DNA of 64,000 nucleotides from the human T2T-CHM13v2.0 reference genome, Homo sapiens, in assembly GCF_009914755.1 (NCBI RefSeq), contig NC_060944.1; one strand, given 5' to 3'. A model generated the notes under the pieces. The model searched no databases. It was not told the DNA's origin and saw only the letters and a program-made list of their open reading frames with translations. A program made the translations under genes and the position numbers. Each line of letters starts with the position of its first letter. Position 1 is the first letter of the stretch. This document shows, piece by piece, positions 17,115-30,742 of this stretch.

Positions 17115-17647
17115 TGTTGGGAACAGGCCCCCCCCCCTCAAAACCTGGCCATAAACTGGCCCCCAAACTGGCCATAAACAAAATCTCTGCAGCACCATGA
17201 CATGTTCATAATGGCCATAATGCCCACGCTGGAAGGTTGTGGGTTTACCAGAATGAGGGCAAGGAACACCTGGCCCGCCCAGGGCAGAAAACCGCTTAAA
17301 GGCGTTCTTAAACCACAAACAATAGCATGAGTGATCTGTGCCTTAAGGACATGCTCCTGCTGCAGATAACTAGCCCAACCCATCCCTTTATTTCGGCCCA
17401 TCCCTTCATTTCGGCCCATCCCTTCATTTCCCATAAGGGCTACTTTAAATCTAATATCTATAGAAACAATGCTAATGACTGGCTTGTTGTTAATAAATAC
17501 ATGGGTAAATCTCTGTTCGGGGCTCTCAGCTCTGAAGGCTGTGAAACCCCTGATTTCCCACTTCACACCTCTATATTTCTGTGTGTGTGTCTTTAATTCC
17601 TCTAGCGCTGCTGGGGTAGGGTCTCCCCGACCGAGCTGGTCTCAGCA
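17115..17647 (+). mobile_element. MER9 3' LTR
   Basis: tgttgggaacagg...gagctggtctcagca. AATAAA at 17492-17497. Internal 18-bp unit x3. Confidence 0.92.
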
Positions 17648-18142
17648 GCTGCCTATAGAAAATTCTATCCCACTTACCTTTCCTTTGTGACCAGACCCTT
17701 CAGTCACTCTTTCCAAGTCTCTGACTGGACTAAGAAGGCCTTCTGTCATGTTATTTCTTCCTGTCCCTGTCAATATTTCTGCCACAAAGTTGTTTTATCT
17801 TCTCTTGCCTGCCCCCTGCCTGCCAGTGGCTCTGATCATTGAATTGCATTAGAGGAGATACCAAAGCAGCATGGCTCTCCCCAGCTTTTGACTTTCTGAA
17901 GATCTAGGATGAAGCTGGATCCTACCCCAACCGCTGGCTGCACCCTAGCTAGGTATATTAATATGCACAGTGGTTGCTGGGGTTCTTCAGCCATGCATGT
18001 GACCTGACCTTGCCAAATTAACCTGCATGACCTGCCTGCATGGTACAAGGCTCACAGGGCTGGAGAGTGGAACAAATGGGCAGGCTCATTCTTGTTGGGG
18101 GCAGGGACATCTCACAGTCACTGACTCTTCATGATGACTGAG

Positions 18143-18650
18143 TGAATTAGTCTCCTATTGCTGCTTGTAACAAATTACCGCAAACATAGTGGCTTGAAAC
18201 AACCCAAATGTATTATGTTACGGTTTTGGAGGTCAGAAGTTTGACATGGTTTTCACTGTGCTAAAATCAAGATGTTGGCAAGGCAGCATTTCTTTCTGGA
18301 GGTGCTGATGGGGAGAATCTATTTTTGTTGCCTTTTCTAGGGATGCCAGCATTCCAGGGCTGATGACTTTTTCCCTTTCCAAAGCCAGCAAGGGTCAATC
18401 GAGTTTCTTGCATTGTATCACTGACACAAACTCTTTGGCCTCCCTCTTTCACAGTTAAAGATCTTTGTGATTTCATTGGGTCCACCCAGATAATCCAGTA
18501 TAATTTCTATATTTTAAGATCAGCTGATTAGCAACCTTAATTCCATCTGCTACCTCAATTCCCCTTTGGCATGTAATGTAATGTGTTTATAGATCCTGGG
18601 GATTAGGATGTGGTTATCCTTGGGTGAGGGACATTATTCTGCCTCCCATA
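18143..18650 (-). mobile_element. MaLR LTR (MLT1D-like)
   Basis: ttagtctcctattgctgc...taacaaattacc...agtggcttgaaacaac; ends acattattctgcc. Confidence 0.75.
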
Positions 18651-20486
18651 CTGAATCCAAAGGGCTTAGATAATGCAGAACAAATTCACAACTTTATAGC
18701 TCTCTCTCAATCTGGTTCCACCATAAAAAGTATTTCAATAACCCATGCCAAAGGGAATTTCCACATTTCTCCTTATTCTGTTGTCAATTCTTAAATTCTC
18801 ATTCTTTTTCCTCCAATAACATCTTTCTCATTGTATGATGTTCCAAAATTCAGAGTTGTCATCAAATAAATCAGAAAGCAATAACACTGGCCTAGGAGTT
18901 ATTCAGAAGACCTGGATTCCAGCTGTGTACCTGGACTCAAACTGTGTACTTGGATAAATCACTTTTGGTTGGGGGACTCAGTTTCTTCATCTGTGAAGTG
19001 GGGATAATTAATAAGATCACTGACAACCTCTAAGGCTTTTTGTCATGTTCTGAGAAGGTAAACATACATAAGGGATGTTGAAAGCTATTGCACATTGTTT
19101 AAGCTAATCATTTCCTATGACTCATTCATTTGCAAGAGGGACACCGGCAAGGTCTTTGTTTTCATCTGTCTGCTTGGATGTGTTTCTTTGGGCCAATCCT
19201 TTCCTTCTAGGGTCTCTATGACTTGAAATAGTACCTCCTCTGGGCTTCTCTCTGGATGGACCTGGCTGTGGCACATGGAAACAGCATTGGGTGGCCCTTC
19301 TGATATTTCTCTGTAGTAGGACAGGGAGGACTGTGCTTCTCCCACCCTACATGTGTTAGGGAACACAAGCCTATCTAATTCTGGGATTGACTGTGCCCAG
19401 TGATAAAAGCTCCCTTCTCCAAAATCAGCATAATTGGGGCAAAGGTGAGAGTTTGGCCATCCATCTTTCTTAGCATTTTGCTTTATTTTTTTCAATTAGT
19501 TTAGAACCTGATCAGAGAAGAGGATCCTTACTCTTTCTCCCTATCCTACCACCTGCCACCTGTACAGCATTTCCAGAGCAGCCCTCATCAATGACCTCCC
19601 ACCTCTGGAAGAACTCTCTGTAGAGCTGTGATCTATGCTGGCTCCACTAGTCCCTCAGCAGGAATATGCTCTAGTTGCCACAGTGAAAGCTTGCTTAATT
19701 ACTTCTTGGGTGTTACCTGCACATAAATCTTAGTCTCAGAGTCTGATTTGGGAGTAACCCAAGCTAAGACTCAGATATAAGTCCCTGTGCTAGGCACTGT
19801 GGAGAAAGATAGAAAACATCGTTATTGTGCTTAAAACACATTGTCTTCTGGAAAATACTATCAGTATCTCCATACATAGCATGAATTTAGAAAGACAGCA
19901 AATTAAAGATTGATATCAGATTACAAGCGCCCTGGAATGCTAGGCTCAGGATTTGACATGTATTCCGTAAGCACTTGAATTTCTAGATATTTTGTAAGCA
20001 ATGAAATGTTTCAGGAAGATCCATCAATGATGATATTCCTATGCTTAATATGGATGAGTATGGATTTCAGGGGACAGTCAGGAGCCCCCGGGGAGTGAAA
20101 AGACAGGTTAGAAGAGCATTATGATGGCCCAGCTATGACTTGCTAAGAGATAAAGCTGGAAGGAGAGCTGCCATGACTTGGTGTATTGCTGAACACATGG
20201 GGTGGGGTGAGTGGAGGCAGGATAGGGAGAAAGGGTAAGGATGATGGTAACTTTTCCCTGCTTGGACGGCTGAGAGAATGATGGAACTGCTGATGGAGCT
20301 GGGAAGCTGGTTGGGGCAGAGTTGGTTTGGGGTGGAAAAGGACCCACTCTGTTGTCTGTGGTGTTGTAACAAGGTGATTGCTTCCCAAGAAACTCCAGTG
20401 CTACAAAAAATGAAACCAAACCAAACCAGCATTATAAAGACAAAGGTTTCAGTGGGACAAGGGGAATGGGAACAGTGCTTACTTTC

Positions 20487-20930
20487 TGTGACGGTTAATA
20501 TTGATTGTCAACTTGATTGGATTGAAGGATACAAAGTATTGATCCTGGGTGTGTCTGTGAGGGCATTGCCAAAGGAGATTAACATTTGAGTCAGTGGGCT
20601 GGGAAAGGCAGACCTGCCCTTAATCTGGGTGGGCATAATCTAATCAGCCGCCAGCTTGGCTAGAATATAAGCAGGCAGAAAAATGTGAAAAGAGAGACTG
20701 ACCTAGCCTCCCAGGCTACATCTTTCTCCCATGCTGGATGCTTCCTGCCCTCAAACATTGGACTTCAAGTTCTTCAGTTTTGGAACTCGGACTGGCTCTC
20801 CTTTCTTCTCAGCCTGCATATGGCCTATTGTGGGATCTTGTGATCATGTGAGTTAATACTTACTAAACTTCCTTTTATATATATTTATATTCCATTAGTT
20901 CTGTCCCTCTAGAGAACCCTGACTAATATA
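20487..20930 (+). mobile_element. MLT2A1 (HERV-L) solo LTR, 444 bp
   Basis: tgtgacggttaatattgattgtcaacttgattggattgaagg...gagaaccctgactaatata. 5-bp TSD ctttc/ctctc. Short A1-type internal structure. Confidence 0.88.
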
Positions 20931-21051
20931 CTCTCACTTTAGTGAGCATCAGAATCACTCAAGGAATTAGATAAAAATGCAGATTCCTGGGACCTTGCCC
21001 AAGGGATTCCCACTCAAGAGGGTGGGGTGGAGCCCAGGAATCTGACTTTGT
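20931..21051. mobile_element. MER5-type hAT MITE remnant interrupted by MLT2A1 and Alu
   Basis: gcatcagaatcac...aaaatgcagattcctggg...ggagcccaggaatctg. Confidence 0.65.
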
Positions 21052-21408
<357 letters not shown>

Positions 21409-21849
21409 TGATAGGTACACATTTCATAAGGGATGGTTTCAGGGCTGGTGAGCCTGAGTTGTAGCAAAATCGTTTTTCCTGCAGAAATTATGTTATACAA
21501 AGGAAGGAGGATGCTTCCTACACCCGTCTGTGTATTTTATTACTAAAATGAAAAATATTAAACTGGCTGAATAAAGAGAAAAAATCTAAGCAGCACTGAG
21601 AACAGGGGAAAAATTTAAGAGTTGAAAAGATGAAAGGAAAAAAGATGACTAAGCAGATCATCCTAATGAGCACAGCTTACAATGGTGGACAGCAACCAAG
21701 AGAAGGTGACCACTGCCCCCTCGAACAGAGCCAGTGATGGCCCGATGCTGGCCTGCAACTGTTCACATAAACAAAATGTGTGTAAGATTTGTCATAAACT
21801 GCTATTATACATTTTACTTTATAAATTTAAAATAGAGCAAGGGCTGGTG

Positions 21850-22140
21850 ACGAGGAATAAGTTCTAGTGTTCTACAGGTCTATAGGGTGAATATAATTAC
21901 CACAATTTATTATATAATTTCCAAATAGCCAGAAGAGTGGATTTTGAATGTTTCCAACACAAAGAAATGATAAACATTTGAGGTGATGGATATGCTAATT
22001 ACCTTGGTTGATCATTACACATTGTATACATACATGCATAGAAATATCACTCTGTATGCCATTAAGTATTTACAATTATTATGTGTCAATTAAAAATAAT
22101 AAAAGCAAAAAATAAAATAATAAATACATAAAGGAAAGGA
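21850..22140 (+). mobile_element. L1MA-type 3' end fragment
   Basis: caacacaaagaaatgataaa...ggtgatggatatgctaattacc followed by an A-rich tail. Confidence 0.8.
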
Positions 22141-22845
22141 AAAAATAAAATAGAGCAAGGACTTCTGGAAATATCTCATGCAAATGTATGCAAATGAGCA
22201 CACCAACATATGCAGAAAAGCAAAAGCAAGCGTGTCCTTTCCTCTTTTGCACAAACAAACCCTGTTATCTTATTTTAAAATGAGCTCTGCAACAAAGTCT
22301 ATCAGAAACAACAGCACATACGTTATGTTTTTTTATGACATTAAAGAACAGGTGAAACTGAACTGTAATGATAGAAATCAGATTGGTGGTTGCCTGGTGG
22401 GGGAGGATTGACTGGTGAGGAGCACAGAAGGTTCTCTAGCTGATGGAAATGTTTCACATCTCCACCTGGAGGGTGGCTACAGGAAAAGCCTAGTACATGT
22501 TTTCCTGACTGGAAGCTGCCCTAGTTAACTCTCATGTGGCTTCTAGGTAGTAGCTGCCTGCCCTTTCTGCTTTCCCTTTGTGTTGGTGCCACATACTGTC
22601 ATGTGGCATGCCTGTATCTGAAGCACATGTGGTATCTGGGGGCATGGCCCAGAGATGGGCCACTCAGCAGCCCCAGTCTTGCTCACATCTGGGGGAACAG
22701 AACTCAACTGGAGAAACAAGACCTCCTCTTGCCCTCCAAAGATTGGTGAGCATTCCTATCTGGAGCAATGTCAGCCTGTCAGAGCCTAAATGAGGAAAGA
22801 GACAGCCTGGCCCAGCCCCACCACTCACCCCACCCACCATCCTCA

Positions 22846-23421
<576 letters not shown>

Positions 23422-24479
23422 TCACCGTCCTGGATCCTGGAAGGAGGCACAACCAGTGGGCAACATGCAGGAGAACATCTGGTCACATTCCCTGAGTTCC
23501 CCAAGTATAGGCCAACCAGACCCACTGCCTAACCAGATGGAACTACCCGGGATGCGGGGAGAGGAGACCTGAGATCTGTAAGTTGGGAAACCCTCCGTGG
23601 CTGCCCAGCTGTCAGGAAGGACAGCATAGGATGGATCAGACTGTCCAGAACTCTCAAGAAGAATGTGCACCTTTGCCCTTTGCCCAGGGGCCAGGGCCTC
23701 TTTGTCTGCCCAGTCACATCCTCCAGCCCCCAACACATCAGCTCCCACAGGGGCTTCTGGAACATTTCCAAGGATGCTCCCATGAGCTGGCCAGGCTCCT
23801 ACAGCTGTCACAACGTTGTGGCACCTGTTGGCCAGGGACAATGAAGCAGGAGGGCCAGGATGCTGCGGGGTCTTCTCTCCAAAGCAGGACACCACTCCTT
23901 CTGTACTGACCAAGCCATAGACTTGGAAATCACCAAGTTCACTTTCACATGGACAGACTGAGTCACCCTGGGCCAGTGATTTATGCTCTCTGAGTCCTAA
24001 TCTTCCTGTAAACCAAATTCCTGCTGCCCAGTCCAGTGCCTGGTGCATAGTGGGGGCTAGACAGACATCTGTTGAGTGCATGACCAGGGCGCTGTAGGTG
24101 GAGGAGGTGGTGGTGGGGTGGGGGAGGGGAATTCCCCTGCTGCTCCCCGTTCTGTGGGAACCAGCTCCAGAAAGAAATCCTCTGCCGCCCTTCCCACCCT
24201 ACTCCAACTTTGGATCTGCTCTCTGACCTCCTTCACTTGGCCCTAGTTCTCCACCCAGAGTCAACCCTGCCTGAAAGGCACCATGTCCTGTCACCAAGGT
24301 CTCAAAATAGGGAAAATAGTCTCTGAAGCCCTCAGCCCGCAGGAGATAGGGCACCCCAGGGTACAAGGCTTCACCGAGGGGCTGGAAAAAGAGCCCAGAT
24401 CCCAACACCTATAGAAAGGGGCCCTGGCTGTCCAGCTGTGAGTGGCCTTCCCCTCGCCTCTCAGCACACCTGGAAACGA

Positions 24480-26100
24480 CTCCACATGTGGGCGCCGCGG
24501 GATGCTGGGTAGCAAGGAGATGACCCAGCTGAACAATGCATTTGGTCCACTCCTGCGAGGGGAGGAGAACGCCGAGGGACAGGAACTGCGCGCCAGCAAA
24601 AGACACCCTAACCTGGGGTGCGCCCGCCAGCTGCTTTCCCAAGGTGAAAACCTCCAAGAGGCGAGATGCAAATCCCAGTGGCGTCCACACCCGGAGGTGT
24701 CTTCTCTCCAGGTCGCCCCTCCGTCTCATGCGACACCCCAATCCCCGCAGCCTCTGCTCAGCGTGGGACCAAGAATGGGGAGTCCTACCCCTCCTCGGCT
24801 TTCCAGCCCCCTAACCCAAGACAAGAGGGCGCGCGCCCGGGCTGGGACAGGTCCCAGCCGCATTTTCGTAGATTGCACTCCCCGCCCGGGAGCGACCCGT
24901 TCCAGCAGCCCCCTTCCCGCCCCATCAACGCGGCCGCACTGTCGGCGTCTAGAGGCGACATCCTGGCAAAGACAGGAATCAAGTCAGAAATTCAGGCTCT
25001 AGAAGCAAAGGCTGCGGTGCCTCCTGGCTGGAAGAAAACGGCGGGTGGGTGGAGGATGCGGTGCGCGGGAATTTCCCCACGGACGCTTGCTGTTTCCTGC
25101 TCACCTTTCAGGAAGGTGCCCCTCTACCTGCACCCTCCCCTGCAATTTGGAGCTCGTCCGCGAGCTCAGCTACCCGCTGGCTCCCTCTGCCCGCGCCCGC
25201 ACACCACAGACTCCGCTTACCGTACCCTACCCGGTCCTAGAGGGCCCAGAGGGGATCTCCTGAAACCAACTCGCCTGCTTGGAGCCAGCCCCGACGCATA
25301 TCTCGAGAGTGGCGGGAGGCAAAGCAGCCGGAATGCCCGAGAAAAAAGTGGGCGTCAGAGGCCCTTGTCCTAGCGACTCCCCCACCGCACCGACTGAGTC
25401 CCGGGACTGCAGGGATCTAAGCCCTTACCTGTCTCGGCGCCTCCTTTCTGTGCGCTCTGCTGCTCCGGAAGCCGGATCGAGAGTCACAGTGTGGTTGGGC
25501 GCAGGCGGGCCGCTCGGTTTTCACCTCGAGGACCCGGACTTGCACTTGCAGAGCCGCTGCGTGGGGGATGTCCCTCTTTTTTCCTCGCCCCGGCGGGCTC
25601 CTCCGGCGTGTCAGGGTCTCTGGGTTCCAGCTGGAGTTGGCGCTCCGGCCCCACAGCTCTTTCCAGCGTCTCGGACCTGTGCGCCCCGCCCCGCGCTGGA
25701 CTCCGCCCCGGGGTCCCCGCCTGCCTCCTAGTCCAGGCCAAGGGTGGATGCCCAGCTCCCCCACCCCACCGCGTGCTCTCGGGCTGGTGCGTCCAGGGCG
25801 CGGGCACCGTAGCTCCGGCCGCGCTGACGCGAGTCCCCGGCAGCGGGGGCAGCCTCTCGCACGGATTTCAGCGCCTTCGCATCCCGTCTGAATCGGACCA
25901 CACAGTAGCCGGGTTTCTACCGTGCGCTTGGGAACAGTGAGCACCGCCCTCTGCCGCCAGTCGTGGCACCGCACCCGGGTCGCGCGCGCAGGAGGGGAGA
26001 GTCCTGTCTTCCGGAGGTGCCCAGTGCCAGCGTCCGCGCCCACTAGAAGGTGACCCTTTCAAGGAAAGCCCGGCTCCGACGAGTGCGGTGTGGGCCTTTG
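24480..26100. promoter_or_regulatory. PROKR2: CpG island / PROKR2 promoter with GC boxes
   Basis: Dense CpGs and high GC content. GGGCGG boxes on minus near 25683-25710. Confidence 0.85.
25429..25890 (-). other. PROKR2: Probable non-coding exon 1 of PROKR2
   Basis: Strong donor CAG|GTAAGG at 25429 inside the CpG island. 5' end approximate. Confidence 0.65.
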
Positions 26101-27220
26101 GAGATGGCGGTGAAGGAGGAGGCCCCCAGGAGGAAGCTGGGGATGGGGACAGTTTGCTCTGCTCAAAGCCCCTGAAGTCCTCACCCAAACTTTGCGATGA
26201 CCACCACTATCAGATTCCATGGCCGTATAAAGACAATCCCAGGAGTGCCTCAGCCCATCTGTCCGGAGAGTCTGGAGCCCTTCACTTTGCTTCTGACAGG
26301 TTCGAAATCCTCCCACGACCTTCCTGGTTAAACACAGGAACTGCCCATTCAAATGACTGGTGCCCAGGAAGCTCTGGGCATACAGGATTGAACCTGTGGC
26401 AGGACCCTGAAGGTCTAAAAAGGTGTTCCCCATCGTTAAACCCCAGCCAGCGGATTATTGGCAGGTGGGAACATGGACTCCACTTTGTCAGAGCTTCCCA
26501 TTGTTTTCAAGAGAATCTGGAATTCGAGAACTTTAAAAATAGTCTTTGGGTTCGTTAAAGCAAAAATCTTGTTTTGGTCAAAGAGAACCTGTCTCAGACT
26601 GAACACAGTCCACAAGGCTGCCAATTAAAAATTTTTGGATAAATGAACTTCAAACTCCTTCAGGTTGTGACATTCTGTGATTCTGCTTTTCCCACCTTAC
26701 CTGGAACCTGACCCCACTCTCCCTACCTCTTAGCATCTCTCCCGCATGATCAAAGGCAAGAGAGCCAGCTGTTTGCTTTCCTCCTGGGGAGGGGCTGCGA
26801 TTGGGCAGGTGTTCTACATGCTCAGGGCAACTTCCAGATATGGAGGCAAAAAAGCTCTGTTGCTTGAGTGGGGGAGATGATGGGGTGGCCAGTTGTACGC
26901 CCTGGACACATTCTTTGCAATAGTGCATACTTACCAACTTCAGCTAGAGGCTTCTTCGCTCATGGACCATGCCTGCCCTATTCAATGGGGGCAAACAGAC
27001 CCCTGGGACCATCTGCCCGCTGGTGCTTTCATGGAATCCTCTGAGATGAGTTAAGGCATGGTTGCTTCCACACAGATCTGGCGACCCACAGATGTCGCTG
27101 TAGTAACTCCAAGTCCTGACCACCCTCAGCAGAGTAGGAGCTTTTTCTGGGGATGGACATGTGGTCCCCAGGGAGACAGTGGGTGCTTAGAAAACAGTGC
27201 AACAGAGTGCTACGGGGAGT

Positions 27221-27650
27221 TGTCTTAGTTTAGGTTTCCCCCAAGGAGACTCCCAGACAAAGACCTGAGTGCAGGTAGTTTATTGGGAGCAGATCCCGGG
27301 AAGCACACACAGGGGGAGGGGAAGTGAGGCAGGGAAGGGAGAAGGGCCCATACACGATATGCTAACGAGCAGGGTGCCACTGCGGCTCACTCCAGTTGAC
27401 CTGCAGACCGTGTAGAACATGCCTCATGGTTGTTCACAGCAGCGCGGGGAGGCTGGACATTCAGCCATCGATTCCTACCCCCTACTGATGGACAGATTCC
27501 CTGAGAGCCAGAATTTCCCTCACTTTTGAGTTGTGTCCCGGTGTGGTGCAGAAAGCCCAAGGCTGAAAAGAAGAGAGCTTCAGGCCTTGGATGGGAGGTG
27601 TCATGGTGCCTGGAACTGCATCTGCAGGTGAGCAGAGGAGATTCTGGGCA
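27221..27650 (-). mobile_element. Old ERVL LTR (LTR33-like)
   Basis: tgtcttagtttagg...gagtgcaggtagtttattggga...gaagtgaggcagggaaggga. Confidence 0.6.
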
Positions 27651-28544
27651 GGCCGTCACTCTCACATCTGCTACAGGAGGGCAGCAGAGGGGACATTGCC
27701 TTTGATGAGGCGGGCAGGAGCCATACTTCTGCTGGAGTTCATAGACTGAACTGGGTGTGAACCCAGAGAAACTGGGTGGGCTGAGTGGGATTTTGAGAGG
27801 GGCTGGAGACTTTGCATTATATACTTGGAGGCAACTTACATCCCCACTTGGGCTCACAAAGCTGGCAAGAACTGGGGAAATGGAGATGACTTCCCCTTCT
27901 AGTCAAAGAGATTTCTCTAATTGCAAGTCCAAAGTCTCTTCTTGTCTCTGAAAGAGTTTTCTGTCTGAAGTCTTTCTGGGTGAGGGAGGCTTAGCTGAAC
28001 TACATGATAAAGTGCTGAGGGAGGGGAAAAGGGAAAGGGGAGGAAAGAAAATCCATGCAGGCAGGAGTTGCTGCAGAGCCTCAGGGGAGGCATTATCTAC
28101 AAACAACTGGATGTGAGGAAAATGGATGAGGTAAGGATACTTTGATACAGAGCCAGAAGATTATATGTTTGAATCCACTCAAGAGACACGAATAATAAAA
28201 ATTTAACAGGTATAATATTTCGACAACATTAAATCTGAATGTTTTTTGTTATTTCCCCCACGAATCCTATTCCATGGCAGCCACTCCACTAGTATAAATC
28301 CAGGAGATTGGAGTGGGTTAACACCGCCTCAGAATAACATCTCTCAAAGATACTCCCTAAAAGGGAGGGTTGAATTGTTGGGTCAGCCTGAGATTGCCAG
28401 ATGGAACCACATTTAGGATCCCCTCTCCCACTGCACTACTCAGAATATGTGTCAGCGTGTGTATAAAGGGGACAGAGAACTCAGGGTGTGTCAGGTAAAT
28501 TTGATTTTCAGGTAATTTCTTTTAAATTACTTTTACTATTTATT

Positions 28545-29058
28545 TATTTACTTATTTATTTTTTAGAGACAGGGTGTCAATCTGTCACCCAAGCTGGAGT
28601 GCAATAGAACAATCATAGCTCACTGCAGCCTCAAACTCTCAGGCTCAAGTGATCCTCCCACTTCAGGCTCCTGAGTAGCTGAGACTACAGTCTCGAGCCA
28701 CTGCGCTTGACCCCAGATTTTTTTTTTATTTTTATTTTTACTTTTTGGGAACAGGGTCTCTCTCTGTCACCTAGGCTGGAGTGCCCTAGTGTGATTGTGG
28801 CTCACTGCATCCTGGACTTTCCAGACTCAAGCAGTCTTTCAGCTTTGGCCTCCCTAACAGTTGGAAATACAGGCGCCCAAAACCACGCCCAGCATTTTTT
28901 TTTTTAATTTTTAGAAAACAAAACAAAACAAAAACAAAAACAAGAAACGAAGTCTTGCCATGTTGCCCAGGCTGGTCTTGAACTCCTGGGCTCAAGCGAT
29001 CTTCCTGCCTCAGCCTACCAAAATGCTGAGATTACAGGTGTGAATCACAGCACCTGGC
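28545..29058 (-). mobile_element. Alu monomer plus full AluJ in tandem
   Basis: Monomer 28545-28714 and dimer 28718-29058 with an expanded (AAAAC)n linker. Confidence 0.85.
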
Positions 29059-29233
29059 CCCTAAATTACTTTTGACATTTGATTTATGTTTCTTGAAAGT
29101 GACTCCTTTCTAAGACAAAGCCACATGGATCTTCAGGTTTATAAAGGTTTTATATGTAAACTTTCTTAATTGTAAAGAAATGAATACAGATTCTCTGGAG
29201 CTTGATTTTCCAATACATATTAAAAAGCCTTGA

Positions 29234-29526
29234 GGCTAGGCAGAGTGGCTCATGCTTGTAATTCCAGCACTTTAGGAGGCCAAGGTGGAAAGATGGTTTG
29301 GGGCCAGGAGTTTGAGACCAGCCTGGGCAACCTAGTGAGACCCCGTTTCCACAAAATTTTTTTTTAAATTAGCTGGGCATGGTGGTAAATGCCTGTGGTC
29401 TCAACTACTTGGGAGGCAGAGGTGGAATCACTTGAGCCCAGAAGTTTGAGGCTGCAATGAGCTATGATCGTGTCACTGCACTCCAGCCTGGGCAACAGAG
29501 TAAGATCCTGTCTCAAAAAAAAAAAG
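29234..29526 (+). mobile_element. Alu (AluJ-like)
   Basis: ggctaggcagagtggctca...ctcaaaaaa. Confidence 0.92.
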
Positions 29527-30430
29527 GTCTTAAAAATATACCTCTCTTAATCTTTAATCCAGAAATTCTATTTTTATGACTTTATTCTATGGAGATAACG
29601 AATGAAGCAGGTAAAGATTTCTCTACAAGGATATTGATAGTAGTATTGTTTAGGATAACAAGAAATTGAAAACAACACTATTCTCAAGAAAATGACCTCA
29701 AGTGATTTTTGTGCGTGTCTGTGTGTCTCTCCAGGAGTAATTAATCAGCAAATCAAGAATGTGCCCTTGTTATTGACTGCAGATATATCGTTAGGTAAAC
29801 TTTTTAACTTTGAAAGTAAATGTAATTAAACTCTACGAATCCTAGGTGGAAAAGGAGAAGCTTAATTAATGGTTCAAGGTGCATTGACCCTGGCACTACC
29901 TTTCCTTCCATCCAGCTGGCTTTCATGGGGTTCTGCAGAGTGACTCTGTAGGATACACCTGCTGACTCACCTGGCCCAGGTATTTTTCCCTCTTCGGCTT
30001 CCATCTGCCTCTAGGGGAGGAAGGTGATAGTCAAGACTGAGACAAGGTATCAGGGTCAGTGCCCGCCAGCCATGCTCCCTGTCTATGGAGAAAGACCCAA
30101 GAAAAAGGTAAGCTTACATGAAAGCTAGAGAGCTTTTGGTCAGAAATTTGTAATTGCTGTTAAAACTGTTTCAGGAAGTTTTCCGAGCCCTCAGAGAGAG
30201 GCGGTGGTGGGAGGAAGGTGGGTTGAGAGAGCAAAGTTCTTGCAAGAAGCAGCTCCTCGATGCATTCAAAACTGGATTCTATGATGGCGAGTTTGGTTAA
30301 TGAAATCCCTTCGTGGAAACGACCTTGTTCACTGGCAGGGCAGATGAAGGACAGGACGGTGCTTTAACTAATAAGAAAGACTGAGGCTTCCAAGTTCAGA
30401 TCCATGTTTGGTAGATTATAGAAAGGGTTT

Positions 30431-30742
30431 GGTTTTTTTGTTTGTTTTTTGTTTTCTTTTTTGAGATGGAGTCTCGCTCTGTCGTCCAGGCTGGAGTGCA
30501 GTGCTGTGATCTCGGCTCACTGCAAACTCCGCCTCCAGGTTCACCCCATTCTCCTGCCTCAGCCTCCCGAGTAGCTGGGACTACAGGCGCCTACCACCAC
30601 GCCCGGCTAATTTTTTGTATTTTTAGTAGAGATGGGGTTTCACCGTGTTAGCCAGGATGGTCTCGATCTCCTGACCTTGTGATTCGCCTGCCGCAGCCTC
30701 CTAAAGTGCTGGGATTACAGGTGTTAGCCACCGCGCCCGGCC
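30431..30742 (-). mobile_element. AluY
   Basis: caccgtgttagccaggatggtctcgatctcctgacc; TSD agaaagggttt. Confidence 0.93.

Larger units (their letters stand above)
12777..17647 (+). mobile_element. HERV-K(HML-3)/HERVK9 provirus with MER9 LTRs, multiply deleted, antisense to PROKR2
   Basis: gag-pro-pol-env remnants. 6-bp TSD gccgcc (12771-12776) / gctgcc (17648-17653). PPT aaataaggggga at 17101. Confidence 0.92.

Noticed and set aside
23422-24081. 219-aa minus ORF in intron 1
   Set aside because: Begins in MIR/L2-like sequence and shows no recognisable homology.
24098-24130. G-rich tract with G4 potential (similar tracts near 12626 and 31276)
   Set aside because: Common motif with no supporting context.
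25866-25890. Possible REST/RE1 site (ttcagcgcc...)
   Set aside because: Only the left half-site is present; GGACAG is absent.
24409-26558. Many overlapping 100-235 aa ORFs
   Set aside because: Expected in a stop-poor CpG island; Pro/Arg/Gly/Ala-biased on both strands.
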